A stretch of 64,000 nt of DNA from Candidatus Sumerlaeaceae bacterium. Its GTDB lineage: Bacteria; Sumerlaeota; Sumerlaeia; Sumerlaeales; Sumerlaeaceae. The position numbers were made by a program, and so were the translations under genes. The notes under the pieces are model-generated. The model was given only the letters and a program-made list of their open reading frames with translations. It had not been told where the DNA came from and did not search any database. Shown in pieces: positions 37,152 through 45,385 of this stretch (positions are counted from its first letter, which is position 1; each line of letters opens with the position of its first letter). Where the stretch lies: contig JBPCLP010000055.1 in NCBI GenBank assembly GCA_051003195.1, forward strand, positions 1-64,000, given 5' to 3'.

Positions 37152-37187
37152 GTTCCCGGCCGAACCGGCATCCATGCGAGCCCCGCT

Positions 37188-37874
37188 GTGAAGCTTAGCA
37201 TACTGTTACCGCTCCTGCTTGTCTCGATGCTCGGGTTCTCACTTCCGCCTGTAAAAACCAACACGGCTCGAAAGCCGGAAATCAATCATTGGGATACCTC
37301 CATTGAGAATCGCGAATACCAGCAATGGATAAAGGAGAAGCAATCCGGGTGGATTGGCGTGAAGGCGCCCGAGCCTGGAGCCAACGCCGTCGACCACATG
37401 ACAACTCCGATTCGCCTTGCCGATTATCGTGGCAGGCGGGTGTTGCTCTACGGGTTCTACGGTGGCAATTTTAATTACGAAGCGGATGAGCCGAAACTAC
37501 ACGATGCTTTGCGGACGCTTCACCGCGCGCGCATCAGCAGACATGGTCGGCTCGCAGTGATCGGTTTCACCTCCTCCATGGAACTGTACCCGCAAAACTG
37601 GGGGCGCACGGACGCGGACATTGAACCTGAGCTACGCCAGCTCACCCGTTTTCCTTTGGTGCTTAATCTAAACCGCGACTTCCCTCCGCCGTATGATCCA
37701 GTCCTCAAAGTATCGGCTTACGGAGGGTGGGGAGCAATACTGATTGACCAGAACGGCATCATCCTGCGCATATACAATGCGCCGCTCACGCCAGCCCAGG
37801 TGCGCGAAGTTTTCACTATGCCCGACTGGACACAACCCCCACGACGGCCCCTCACCGCTGCTGAGTCCCCCTGA
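37188..37874 (+). CDS. Exported hypothetical protein, possible thioredoxin/redoxin-like fold lacking cysteines
   Basis: Signal peptide; IRLADYRGRRVLL and ILIDQNGII resemble redoxin strands; no Cys in the protein. Confidence 0.5.
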   Translation: MKLSILLPLLLVSMLGFSLPPVKTNTARKPEINHWDTSIENREYQQWIKEKQSGWIGVKAPEPGANAVDHMTTPIRLADYRGRRVLLYGFYGGNFNYEADEPKLHDALRTLHRARISRHGRLAVIGFTSSMELYPQNWGRTDADIEPELRQLTRFPLVLNLNRDFPPPYDPVLKVSAYGGWGAILIDQNGIILRIYNAPLTPAQVREVFTMPDWTQPPRRPLTAAESP

Positions 37875-37933
37875 ACAGCAATCTTTCCCGATTCGCTATT
37901 GCCAAGCGCGCTAAACGTGCTTGGACGGAGCGC

Positions 37934-39094
37934 ATGAATTCCTTCCGCGCGAAAAAGTCGACCTTGCGAAACGCGGCCTTTTTACGCGTTAGCCTGCCAC
38001 TCCTCCTGGTCTTTGACGGTGCAGCGGGTCGTACTAGTGTGCCGTTCATAGCTATACTTCAGGAAGCTTTCGAGCTCGGACGGCACACAAAACCAGTGAT
38101 CGGATTAATGGGACATCACACTAGCGCACAAACGAGCGCTTTTTATCCGAATCCGCTGACCCAGACCGACGCAGCCGATCCGAGCCTGCTCGCGCATGGC
38201 AATCAGCTGTATCTCTATAGCACGGGGTGCATGGTTCGCGGCGGCGGCGCCTACCCGATATCGGTTACTTCACGGGAGGACCGTACCTCCTGGACGTCAG
38301 TCGGTGGTGTATTTTCGAAGGAGACATTCCCCCAGTGGACAATGGTTGGAAGATGCAAATACTGGGCACCTGAGGTCCACCGCATTGCAGGACAACTGGT
38401 CTGCTACTTCTCGGTATGGGATCAAAACGAGCGTTTCTGCATAGGCGCCGCTACCTCAGATTCGCCAGCAGGTCCATTCAGGGATGTCGGTGCTCCGTTG
38501 GTCAGCAATCCGGAATATGGACTTATTGATGCAGGATATTTTCACGATCCGATCACGCGACGCCACTGGCTGATGTGGAAAGAGGACAAGAACGCCCTCA
38601 CGCCACAGCAGCCGACGAACATCCTCATCCAGGAACTTACGAGCAACGGGCTCGCTGTAAAAAACGAAGCCGTCGTTTTGATCGCGAACGACCAGGAGTG
38701 GGAGCATGAGCTTGTGGAAGCGCCGTCCCTGATTTACCGTTCTCCATACTACTACCTGTTCTATAGTGCGAACGGGTTCAGCAGCGATCTTTATGGCGTA
38801 GGTGTCGCGCGCTCGACGAACGTGAACGGACCGTATCATAAATTCAACAAAAACCCAATCCTGAAAAGTAACAAGCGCTTCGACGGCCCGGGACACCAGT
38901 TTCTCTTCGAGGAATCGCCCGGCGTATGGACAATGTTCTATCACGCGCGCGATAGAGCAAGCGCTAGTCGAAGCCGCCTGCTGATGTCTGACCCCGTGCG
39001 CTGGAGCAAAACAGGCTGGCCATACATCAAACACGGCACTCCATCCGACGGGTGGACTACCGGCGCTGCGACATCCAAACACCGTCCGAAATGA
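37934..39094 (+). CDS. Glycoside hydrolase family 43
   Basis: ADP, WAPEV, IDA, LVEAP, GPGH motifs. The N-terminus contains an in-frame repeat element. Confidence 0.88.
   Translation: MNSFRAKKSTLRNAAFLRVSLPLLLVFDGAAGRTSVPFIAILQEAFELGRHTKPVIGLMGHHTSAQTSAFYPNPLTQTDAADPSLLAHGNQLYLYSTGCMVRGGGAYPISVTSREDRTSWTSVGGVFSKETFPQWTMVGRCKYWAPEVHRIAGQLVCYFSVWDQNERFCIGAATSDSPAGPFRDVGAPLVSNPEYGLIDAGYFHDPITRRHWLMWKEDKNALTPQQPTNILIQELTSNGLAVKNEAVVLIANDQEWEHELVEAPSLIYRSPYYYLFYSANGFSSDLYGVGVARSTNVNGPYHKFNKNPILKSNKRFDGPGHQFLFEESPGVWTMFYHARDRASASRSRLLMSDPVRWSKTGWPYIKHGTPSDGWTTGAATSKHRPK
38034..38124 (+). mobile_element. MITE-like palindromic element, copy 2 (subfamily B, 91 bp), inside the GH43 reading frame
   Basis: CTAGTGTGCCGT...ACGGCACAC...ATCACACTAG; core shared with 42986..43084. 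Confidence 0.8.
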
Positions 39095-39207
39095 CGACTG
39101 GCCGTGCGACACACGGCACGGCAGCAGTACTCCTGGGAACAGAGCATTCGATCAGCTAAATAGACGCGCGGGCAATCTTTTCTCCCCGTGCATGGTAACA
39201 CTGATCA

Positions 39208-39900
39208 ATGTCTGCATCGGGAACAATATCGCCGCCCGTCGTTGAAACTCTCAGGCGCACTTCGACTCGCGTGAAGATTTGCGGGATCACCAACATTGCG
39301 GATGCCCGAATCGCTGCCGAGGCCGGCGCGGATTTCCTGGGGTATAATCTGTATCCGAAAAGCCCGCGATACATAGCGCCGCCGCAGGTGCGCGCCATTA
39401 CGAATCTCCTGCGCATCGACTTTCCAGAACTTAAGCACGTGGGTGTTTTCGTGGACGCGCCAGCCGAGGGAGTCTGTCAGACGCTCGATCTCGCCGGACT
39501 CGACATGGCACAGCTCCACGGAACTGAAACCACGGCCTACTGTGGCTCGTTGGCTGAACGCGGCGTCCGTCACATTAAAGCCATGCGCTTTGGCGGCACA
39601 TCGGCACCGAGTCCGTGGTCGGATTTTCCTACTGCTGAATTCTATCTCTGTGACACTTACGATCCCATTAATGCAGGCGGTACTGGACGGGAGTTTGATC
39701 ATAGCCTTCTGCCCCGGGACCTGCCGCTTGAGCGCACTTTCCTTGCCGGCGGCCTTACGCCCGAAAACATAGCCACGGCGGTTGCTGAAGTACGCCCATT
39801 CGCGGTCGACGTCAGCTCAGGCGTTGAGCTCTCCCCCGGCAGAAAATCGGCGGAGAAGATCAAAACCTTTATCCAGCAAACAAGGAAAGTTGAATCATAA
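39208..39900 (+). CDS. trpF: Phosphoribosylanthranilate isomerase
   Basis: VKICGIT, SPRY, QLHG.E, GGTG..FD, LAGGL..EN, VDVSSGVE. Confidence 0.95.
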   Translation: MSASGTISPPVVETLRRTSTRVKICGITNIADARIAAEAGADFLGYNLYPKSPRYIAPPQVRAITNLLRIDFPELKHVGVFVDAPAEGVCQTLDLAGLDMAQLHGTETTAYCGSLAERGVRHIKAMRFGGTSAPSPWSDFPTAEFYLCDTYDPINAGGTGREFDHSLLPRDLPLERTFLAGGLTPENIATAVAEVRPFAVDVSSGVELSPGRKSAEKIKTFIQQTRKVES

Positions 39901-39958
39901 ATTGCACCGGCGAACCTGCTCCTACGAATTGAGGGCACGAAGCTGAGTAACTGCACCC

Positions 39959-41176
39959 ATGTCCATTACCCAACCTCTTCCTACCGCGGCATCGTTACCG
40001 GATAGCCGCGGCAAGTTTGGCCAGTTCGGCGGTCGTTATGTCCCCGAGACCCTCATGTCCGTCCTCATCGAACTGGAGGCCAAGTACCGGGAAATCTGCA
40101 GCGATGCGTCCTTTCGTGCGGAACTCGACGAAATGCTGCGCGATTACGTCGGTCGGCCAACCCCACTCTATCGCGCCGATCGCCTCAGCGAAGCTGCCGG
40201 GGGTCGATGCCGCATATACCTCAAGCGCGAGGACCTTTGCCATACCGGCGCACATAAGATAAATAATTCGCTGGGTCAGGCGCTGCTCGCGAAGCGCCTC
40301 GGCAAAAAGCGTATTATTGCGGAAACCGGCGCGGGTCAGCACGGCGTAGCAACTGCCACCGCCTGCGCAAAGCTCGATCTCGAGTGCGAAGTATTCATGG
40401 GCGCTGAGGACATGGAACGCCAAAACCTGAACGTCTTCCGGATGGAACTCCTGGGAGCAAAGGTCACCCGCGTCACCAGCGGCACACAGACCTTAAAAGA
40501 CGCAACCAATGAAGCCATGCGTGACTGGATGGCGCGCTGCGACGATACCCATTATATTATTGGCTCCGTGGTAGGTCCGCATCCATTCCCCATGATTGTG
40601 CGCGATCTTCAATCCGTCATCGGCCATGAGACACGGCGCCAGATCCTGGAAAAAGAAGGTCGTCTGCCAGATGCCATCGTTGCATGCGTTGGTGGCGGTA
40701 GCAACGCGATGGGAATATTCTATCCATTTTACGAGGATACCGGCGTAAAGTTTTTTGGCGTTGAAGCGGCAGGTTGCGGTTTAAACACGCAGGAGCATGC
40801 TGCGACCATCTGCAAGGGCGCCGTCGGCGTCTTTCACGGCGCGAAAAGCTTCGTGCTCCAAACCGAGGACGGCCAGATTACGCCTGCGCATTCCATTTCG
40901 GCTGGGCTCGATTATCCCGGCACCGGGCCCGAGCATAGTTTCTATGCGGAGAGCGGACGCGCAACCTATGGGGCTGTGACGGACGAAGAGTCCCTGGAGG
41001 GCGTTAAGCTGCTCTGCCGTACAGAAGGGATTATCCCAGCTCTTGAAAGCGCCCATGCAATCTACTATGCTTCAAAGCTGGCTGCTACGATGGACGGTGT
41101 CATCGTGATCAGCTTGTCCGGTCGTGGCGATAAGGACGTGTTCTCCATAGCAAAAGGCTTAGGCCAAAAGCTGTAA
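39959..41176 (+). CDS. trpB: Tryptophan synthase beta chain
   Basis: [46 protein letters not shown]. Confidence 0.97.
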   Translation: MSITQPLPTAASLPDSRGKFGQFGGRYVPETLMSVLIELEAKYREICSDASFRAELDEMLRDYVGRPTPLYRADRLSEAAGGRCRIYLKREDLCHTGAHKINNSLGQALLAKRLGKKRIIAETGAGQHGVATATACAKLDLECEVFMGAEDMERQNLNVFRMELLGAKVTRVTSGTQTLKDATNEAMRDWMARCDDTHYIIGSVVGPHPFPMIVRDLQSVIGHETRRQILEKEGRLPDAIVACVGGGSNAMGIFYPFYEDTGVKFFGVEAAGCGLNTQEHAATICKGAVGVFHGAKSFVLQTEDGQITPAHSISAGLDYPGTGPEHSFYAESGRATYGAVTDEESLEGVKLLCRTEGIIPALESAHAIYYASKLAATMDGVIVISLSGRGDKDVFSIAKGLGQKL

Positions 41177-41471
41177 CCGGTTGTAGGTACCGGGTTTATC
41201 ATCCAGGAGCCTTCAGTAGCACCCGCAGGGCTCAATCGCAGAATGGCAAAGCCGGTCTCGGATTGAACATCCCCCAAAGCCCGGTGTAATCCGGCGGCTG
41301 GGTGGCAGGTAAGACACCCGTGGTTCTGGCTTGACTGGGTAGGGACGCTGCACGAATCTACGCCCGTTGTGTCTTAACCAGGCACCTGTTAGATTTGCGG
41401 GACAGTCCGGCAGCATCGGATACGATTCCGCCCTGGCAACCATCCCAGGACGAGGGGAGGGATTAACCCCG

Positions 41472-41684
41472 ATGGGACAAGTTACAGTCGAAGAAAATGA
41501 GCCTATTGATAAGGTTCTGAAGCGCTTCAAAAAGGAGTGCCAAAAAAGCGGCATTCCGGCTGAATTGCGCCGTCGTGAGCATTATGAGAAGCCCAGCGAA
41601 CGCAAAAAGCGCAAAATTGAAGCTTCCCGCCGCAAGGCGCGCCGCCGTCAGGCCAAGCTCATGCGTAAGCTGGAAAACTACTAG
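41472..41684 (+). CDS. rpsU: 30S ribosomal protein S21
   Basis: [35 protein letters not shown]. Confidence 0.95.
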   Translation: MGQVTVEENEPIDKVLKRFKKECQKSGIPAELRRREHYEKPSERKKRKIEASRRKARRRQAKLMRKLENY

Positions 41685-41716
41685 ACCGATTCAGGCTTGG
41701 AAATTGTTGGTTACCG

Positions 41717-41748
41717 AAACCGGATGGTGAAAGCCATCCGGTTTTTTG
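41717..41748 (+). terminator. Rho-independent terminator after rpsU
   Basis: AAACCGGATGG-tgaaag-CCATCCGGTTT followed by further Ts. Confidence 0.85.
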
Positions 41749-41762
41749 TTTGGAGTGCGATG

Positions 41763-41827
41763 GGTCGTATATCGGACTTATAGGTCGTATAGGTCTTATG
41801 GGACTTATAGGTCTTATGGGTCGTATG
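41763..41827. repeat. 9-bp tandem repeat GG[TA]C[GT]TAT[AG] x7
   Basis: ggtcgtata(tc) ggacttata ggtcgtata ggtcttatg ggacttata ggtcttatg ggtcgtatg. Confidence 0.9.
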
Positions 41828-41850
41828 GGAAGACGAAGAGGCGGTCAAAA

Positions 41851-42216
41851 ATGAGAGTAGCCATAGTAGGTGCTTCAAGTAACCGGTCGAAGTTTGGCAA
41901 CAAGGCTGTCCGCAGTTACGTGGCACAGGGTCACGAGGTTGTCCCGATCAACCCGAATGAGGCCGAAGTCGAGGGACTGAACACTTATGCAAAGGTCAGC
42001 GATATTTCCGGGCCAGTCGATCGAGTTCTGCTCTACGTGCCGCCTGCCGTCGGGGTCAAAGTGCTCGACGATATTAAAGCCAAAGGTGTGGCAGAAACCT
42101 ACGTGAATCCCGGAGCCGACAGCGACGAGCTGTTCGAGCGTGCCGGTGAACTCGGGGTGAAAACCATTTTCGCCTGCGCAATCGTCGACATCGGCGACAG
42201 CCCGGGACGGTACTAA
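41851..42216 (+). CDS. CoA-binding protein (YccU-like)
   Basis: VAIVGASS...KFG, V.PINP, GL..Y, NPGA. Confidence 0.88.
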   Translation: MRVAIVGASSNRSKFGNKAVRSYVAQGHEVVPINPNEAEVEGLNTYAKVSDISGPVDRVLLYVPPAVGVKVLDDIKAKGVAETYVNPGADSDELFERAGELGVKTIFACAIVDIGDSPGRY

Positions 42217-42316
42217 AGCACGGCCGGCTTTTCTTAACCTATAATTCTCAATTGCATATCGCTTTCGCACAAGCGTTCATACTGGACAAATTGTAAATCT
42301 GTAGGAGGTGCAAATC

Positions 42317-42427
42317 ATGCCACAGCTGACTTACGTGCAGTGGGTAGAGATGATCGTCATCCTGGCAATCGTGATTTTTACCGCTTACATTTTCTACTCA
42401 CTCGACCTCTTCCGAAAGGGGAAGTAA
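42317..42427 (+). CDS. Small single-pass membrane protein (36 aa), absent from the ORF track
   Basis: AGGAGGTG RBS; MPQLTYVQWVEMIVILAIVIFTAYIFYSLDLFRKGK; the stop abuts the TTG of the next gene. Confidence 0.7.
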   Translation: MPQLTYVQWVEMIVILAIVIFTAYIFYSLDLFRKGK

Positions 42428-42883
42428 TTGCCGCCGGGTCCAAAACAGTCTCAGAAGCAGCTCACGCACCTTGATAATCGCCTGGCTACTTGCCGCGAGT
42501 ACAAGAACCTGTGGCAGGAATACTTTAAGTTTTTCGCGGATGGTTTCGAGGACAAAAAGATCTATGAGCGCGACGAGCAGGCCTTTTTCCAGATCATGAA
42601 CGTTCTGGCGGTAAACCACTATCGCTTCGTCGAACTGGCCGGGGATTACTTTAAGGACGGTGAAGCAATTGTCGGTGTCCTGGCCGAGACCGTCAGTCTC
42701 CAGCATCTCAAGCAAATGAGCGAGGCACAGTTCTCAAAGCTGCTTATCGATTGGCATACCATCTTTATCGCAATGAACAAGGCTATCGGCAAACTTATGA
42801 TGCAGGTGCCCGTTCAGCAGCCCGGCAAAGGCAAAGCCGCTGTTGCTCAGCAACAGCAGGCGCCACCACCCGCGGCGGGGTAG
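42428..42883 (+). CDS. Hypothetical alpha-helical protein (paralog of 53279..53824)
   Basis: Shares LW, EQ.F, S..HL and WH..FI....A.G.L with 53279..53824. Confidence 0.7.
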   Translation: MPPGPKQSQKQLTHLDNRLATCREYKNLWQEYFKFFADGFEDKKIYERDEQAFFQIMNVLAVNHYRFVELAGDYFKDGEAIVGVLAETVSLQHLKQMSEAQFSKLLIDWHTIFIAMNKAIGKLMMQVPVQQPGKGKAAVAQQQQAPPPAAG

Positions 42884-42985
42884 CTCAACGTATTCGGCCG
42901 AGCCGGCTGGAGCAAGTCCTTCGGAAACGATACTGAAACCTGATGACTTCCGGCGGGAGCATGCCGGTACTTTAGAATACCCTTC

Positions 42986-43084
42986 CCAGTGTGCGTCCCA
43001 GAAGTTCAAAGCGATACTTCCGGAAGCTTTCGAGCTCGGACGGCACATAAAACCAGCGAACGAATTAAGGGGAGACCACCCCAC
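42986..43084 (+). mobile_element. MITE-like palindromic element, copy 3 (subfamily B, degenerate, 99 bp)
   Basis: CCAGTGTGCGTCC...GGACGGCACAT...ACCACCCCAC; core ATACTTC[AC]GGAAGCTTTCGAGCTCGGACGGCACA shared with 38034..38124. Confidence 0.7.
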
Positions 43085-43176
43085 GTTCTTTTTAGAAAAA
43101 ACAAGTGCTCTTCTCCTCAGAACCAGAGATTCTTACGTGAATAGTCCTGAAACTGAGAGACAGGAAAAGTCGTGGG

Positions 43177-44760
43177 ATGACGATTGCACTGACCGGCGAA
43201 ACAGCTACCAGCATGTCCGACCGCGAGCTGGTTCGGCTCACCCTGGAAGGCGACAGCCAGGCGTTTGAAGTTCTTGTTACGCGGCATTACTCCGCTGTGT
43301 ACTGTATTGCCCTGGCGCACCTGACAAACCGTGAGGCAGCCGAGGACTGTTGCCAGGAAGTCTTTCTGCGCGCATATTTAAATTTGTGGCGCGTGGGCGA
43401 CCCGGACCGGATCGCAGGATGGTTATGTCGCGTGTGCAGAAATCTAGCTCTCGATTGGTTGCGAAATAATTCCCGGCGAGTCCTGGAGTTTCCTCATGTG
43501 CGCGCTGAGTCCGAAATACTGAACAATACGGCCGATGTCCATCAGCCGTCGCAGCGGGAGCAATTAGATAACAAAACCAAGTTGTACCAGCTGCACGAAG
43601 CGCTTCATCAACTGCCGGCCGCCCAGCGAGAATTGCTGGTTCTGCATTATGTTCAGGAACTCAACGACCGAGAGATCGGAGAACTGCTGAACGTGCATCG
43701 CACCACCGTCCGTTACCATCTCGGACGTGCGCTTGATCAGTGTCGAAAACTCGTGGATTCCGCTGCGCTGCGTGATGCACTTTCGGCAATAACACCACGA
43801 CCAGCGCACGCGTTAAGAACTCTGGCTACAGCAGCTTTGCTGGCAGATGCCAGCCGCAAATCGCATGCACTGTCGTCCAGTCTGGCGCCCGCGGAATTGC
43901 CCTGGGTCGCCCCCGGTATGGGCTCTGGTCTGGGATTCAAGACTCTGTGGAATGGAGTTCTTGTGGCGCTGGGCAAAAAGGCGACACTCGGAATTGCGAC
44001 GGTGATTGCCGCAGCGATCGGTGTCGGGACCTTGGAAGTAACGCAAGGCGGCGTATTCCGACCAAACAAGGTTGAGTTCAGCGCGCCGACCGGACCTTCG
44101 GGGTCGAGCGAAATCGAAGGGCTTAGAGGCATTACCGGGATCTGCCGGATCCGCAATGCGTTCGACCTGGGCAATGCTGTCCAGATGCTGTATTTCGACG
44201 CTCAATCCAGATTTACCGGGCTTGAAAGACTGCCAAACGAGCAACGCCATGACATTCTCATTCAGTCACATCCACTGTGTGGTACGGGCGGCATACGGAA
44301 TCTGTTTCGTCGGGAGCTCGAGAAACGATATGGCTGTACCATTACACGTGAACAATTAACCACAAACGTTTACCTCTTGCGCACGGTTGGCGGCAAACCG
44401 GCGCCCGGACTCCATCGGCTGAAAAGCGTCTGGGGTGGCCCAACTTCTGTCGGCGGCTACAGGGCCGGCTTACAAACCATTAGCCGCGACACCATGAATG
44501 GATTTGCGCATATGATCGAGAGTCAGCTTGCGATCCCGGTAATTAACGAAACGGGATTGAAGGGCGATTATGCAGGGATGGTGCGGTGGAAACCCGGGGA
44601 CCACGACGCATTCATCGCGGCGCTGCGGGAGTATCTTGGACTGAAACTGGTGCCAGCGCAACGTAAGCTGGACTATATTGTTATTAGAAAGCTGACTGCA
44701 TCTGGCGATATGCGAGGTACAGCGAGCATTGTTGCTGTGCCTCAGAAAGCAAACCGTTGA
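43177..44760 (+). CDS. ECF sigma-70 factor fused to a TM segment and a DUF3738 (TIGR03435)-like domain
   Basis: Region 2 (AED..QEVF.RAY, WL.RV.RN.ALD); region 4 (EIGELL.V..TTV...L.RA); hydrophobic helix; PVINETGLKGDY...LGLKLVP. Confidence 0.8.
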   Translation: MTIALTGETATSMSDRELVRLTLEGDSQAFEVLVTRHYSAVYCIALAHLTNREAAEDCCQEVFLRAYLNLWRVGDPDRIAGWLCRVCRNLALDWLRNNSRRVLEFPHVRAESEILNNTADVHQPSQREQLDNKTKLYQLHEALHQLPAAQRELLVLHYVQELNDREIGELLNVHRTTVRYHLGRALDQCRKLVDSAALRDALSAITPRPAHALRTLATAALLADASRKSHALSSSLAPAELPWVAPGMGSGLGFKTLWNGVLVALGKKATLGIATVIAAAIGVGTLEVTQGGVFRPNKVEFSAPTGPSGSSEIEGLRGITGICRIRNAFDLGNAVQMLYFDAQSRFTGLERLPNEQRHDILIQSHPLCGTGGIRNLFRRELEKRYGCTITREQLTTNVYLLRTVGGKPAPGLHRLKSVWGGPTSVGGYRAGLQTISRDTMNGFAHMIESQLAIPVINETGLKGDYAGMVRWKPGDHDAFIAALREYLGLKLVPAQRKLDYIVIRKLTASGDMRGTASIVAVPQKANR

Positions 44761-45380
44761 GGCACCGCGAGGCATGCAGCGCTTTCACACTCGTTGAGAT
44801 TCTGATCACGGTCGGCATCATAGCCATACTGGCAGTTATTGCCATTCCGAACCTGCTTCTTGCACAGACCCGTGCGAAAGTGACGCGCGTGAAAGCCGAC
44901 CTGGCGGCTGTAGTTGTGGCACTCGAACTGTATCATACCGACCGCAACGCATACCCAACTTATCACTATGCAAACAACCAGGAGGCGAACGGCGGCACCA
45001 GTTTTCACGCAGGCGGCAGCGTACTTGATCTTGGAGTTTCGCCGGAGTTCGATGGCCGCAACCCGCTTACAACGCCGGTCGCTTACCTGACCGCAATGCC
45101 CACCGATCCATTTAATACGCGATCGCCTGATGAGTCGCCTGAGGTGTCACAATACTATTACGTAAACTGGGATTACGCAATTGAGAGAATCCCGTCGCCA
45201 GATAACGATGCTTTTCTCAAACTGCGTAAACTGCAAGGACCCTGGCGGCTGCATAGCAACGGGCCTGACCGCACCGGGCCTGACAGCGACGTTCTGGAGG
45301 GGCAGGTGATTTATAGTCCGGCTAATGGCACGATCAGCCGCGGTGACATCGTACGCACCCAGAAGCTGGGTCAGCAATAG
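44757..45380 (+). CDS. Prepilin-type N-terminal cleavage/methylation protein
   Basis: A|FTLVEILITVGIIAILAVIAIPNLLLAQTRAKV; TTGA overlap with the ECF stop. Confidence 0.88.
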   Translation: MRHREACSAFTLVEILITVGIIAILAVIAIPNLLLAQTRAKVTRVKADLAAVVVALELYHTDRNAYPTYHYANNQEANGGTSFHAGGSVLDLGVSPEFDGRNPLTTPVAYLTAMPTDPFNTRSPDESPEVSQYYYVNWDYAIERIPSPDNDAFLKLRKLQGPWRLHSNGPDRTGPDSDVLEGQVIYSPANGTISRGDIVRTQKLGQQ

Positions 45381-45385
45381 CGCCT

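Noticed and set aside
41278..41420. Cobalamin riboswitch-like fragments (CCGGTG.AATCCGG on +; AAGCCAG..ACCTGCC on -)
   Set aside because: The fragments are on opposite strands, the conserved GGGAA and CCCGC..CTGT order is incomplete, and no B12-related gene follows.
41711..41926. ORFs reading through the 9-bp repeat (YRSYRSYG / HKTYKS)
   Set aside because: Products of the repeat periodicity; the CoA-binding domain begins at ATG 41851.
42843..43268. 141-aa ORF sharing EAFELGRH with the GH43 N-terminus
   Set aside because: The similarity comes from the repeat element; the ORF overlaps two better-supported genes and lacks an evident RBS.
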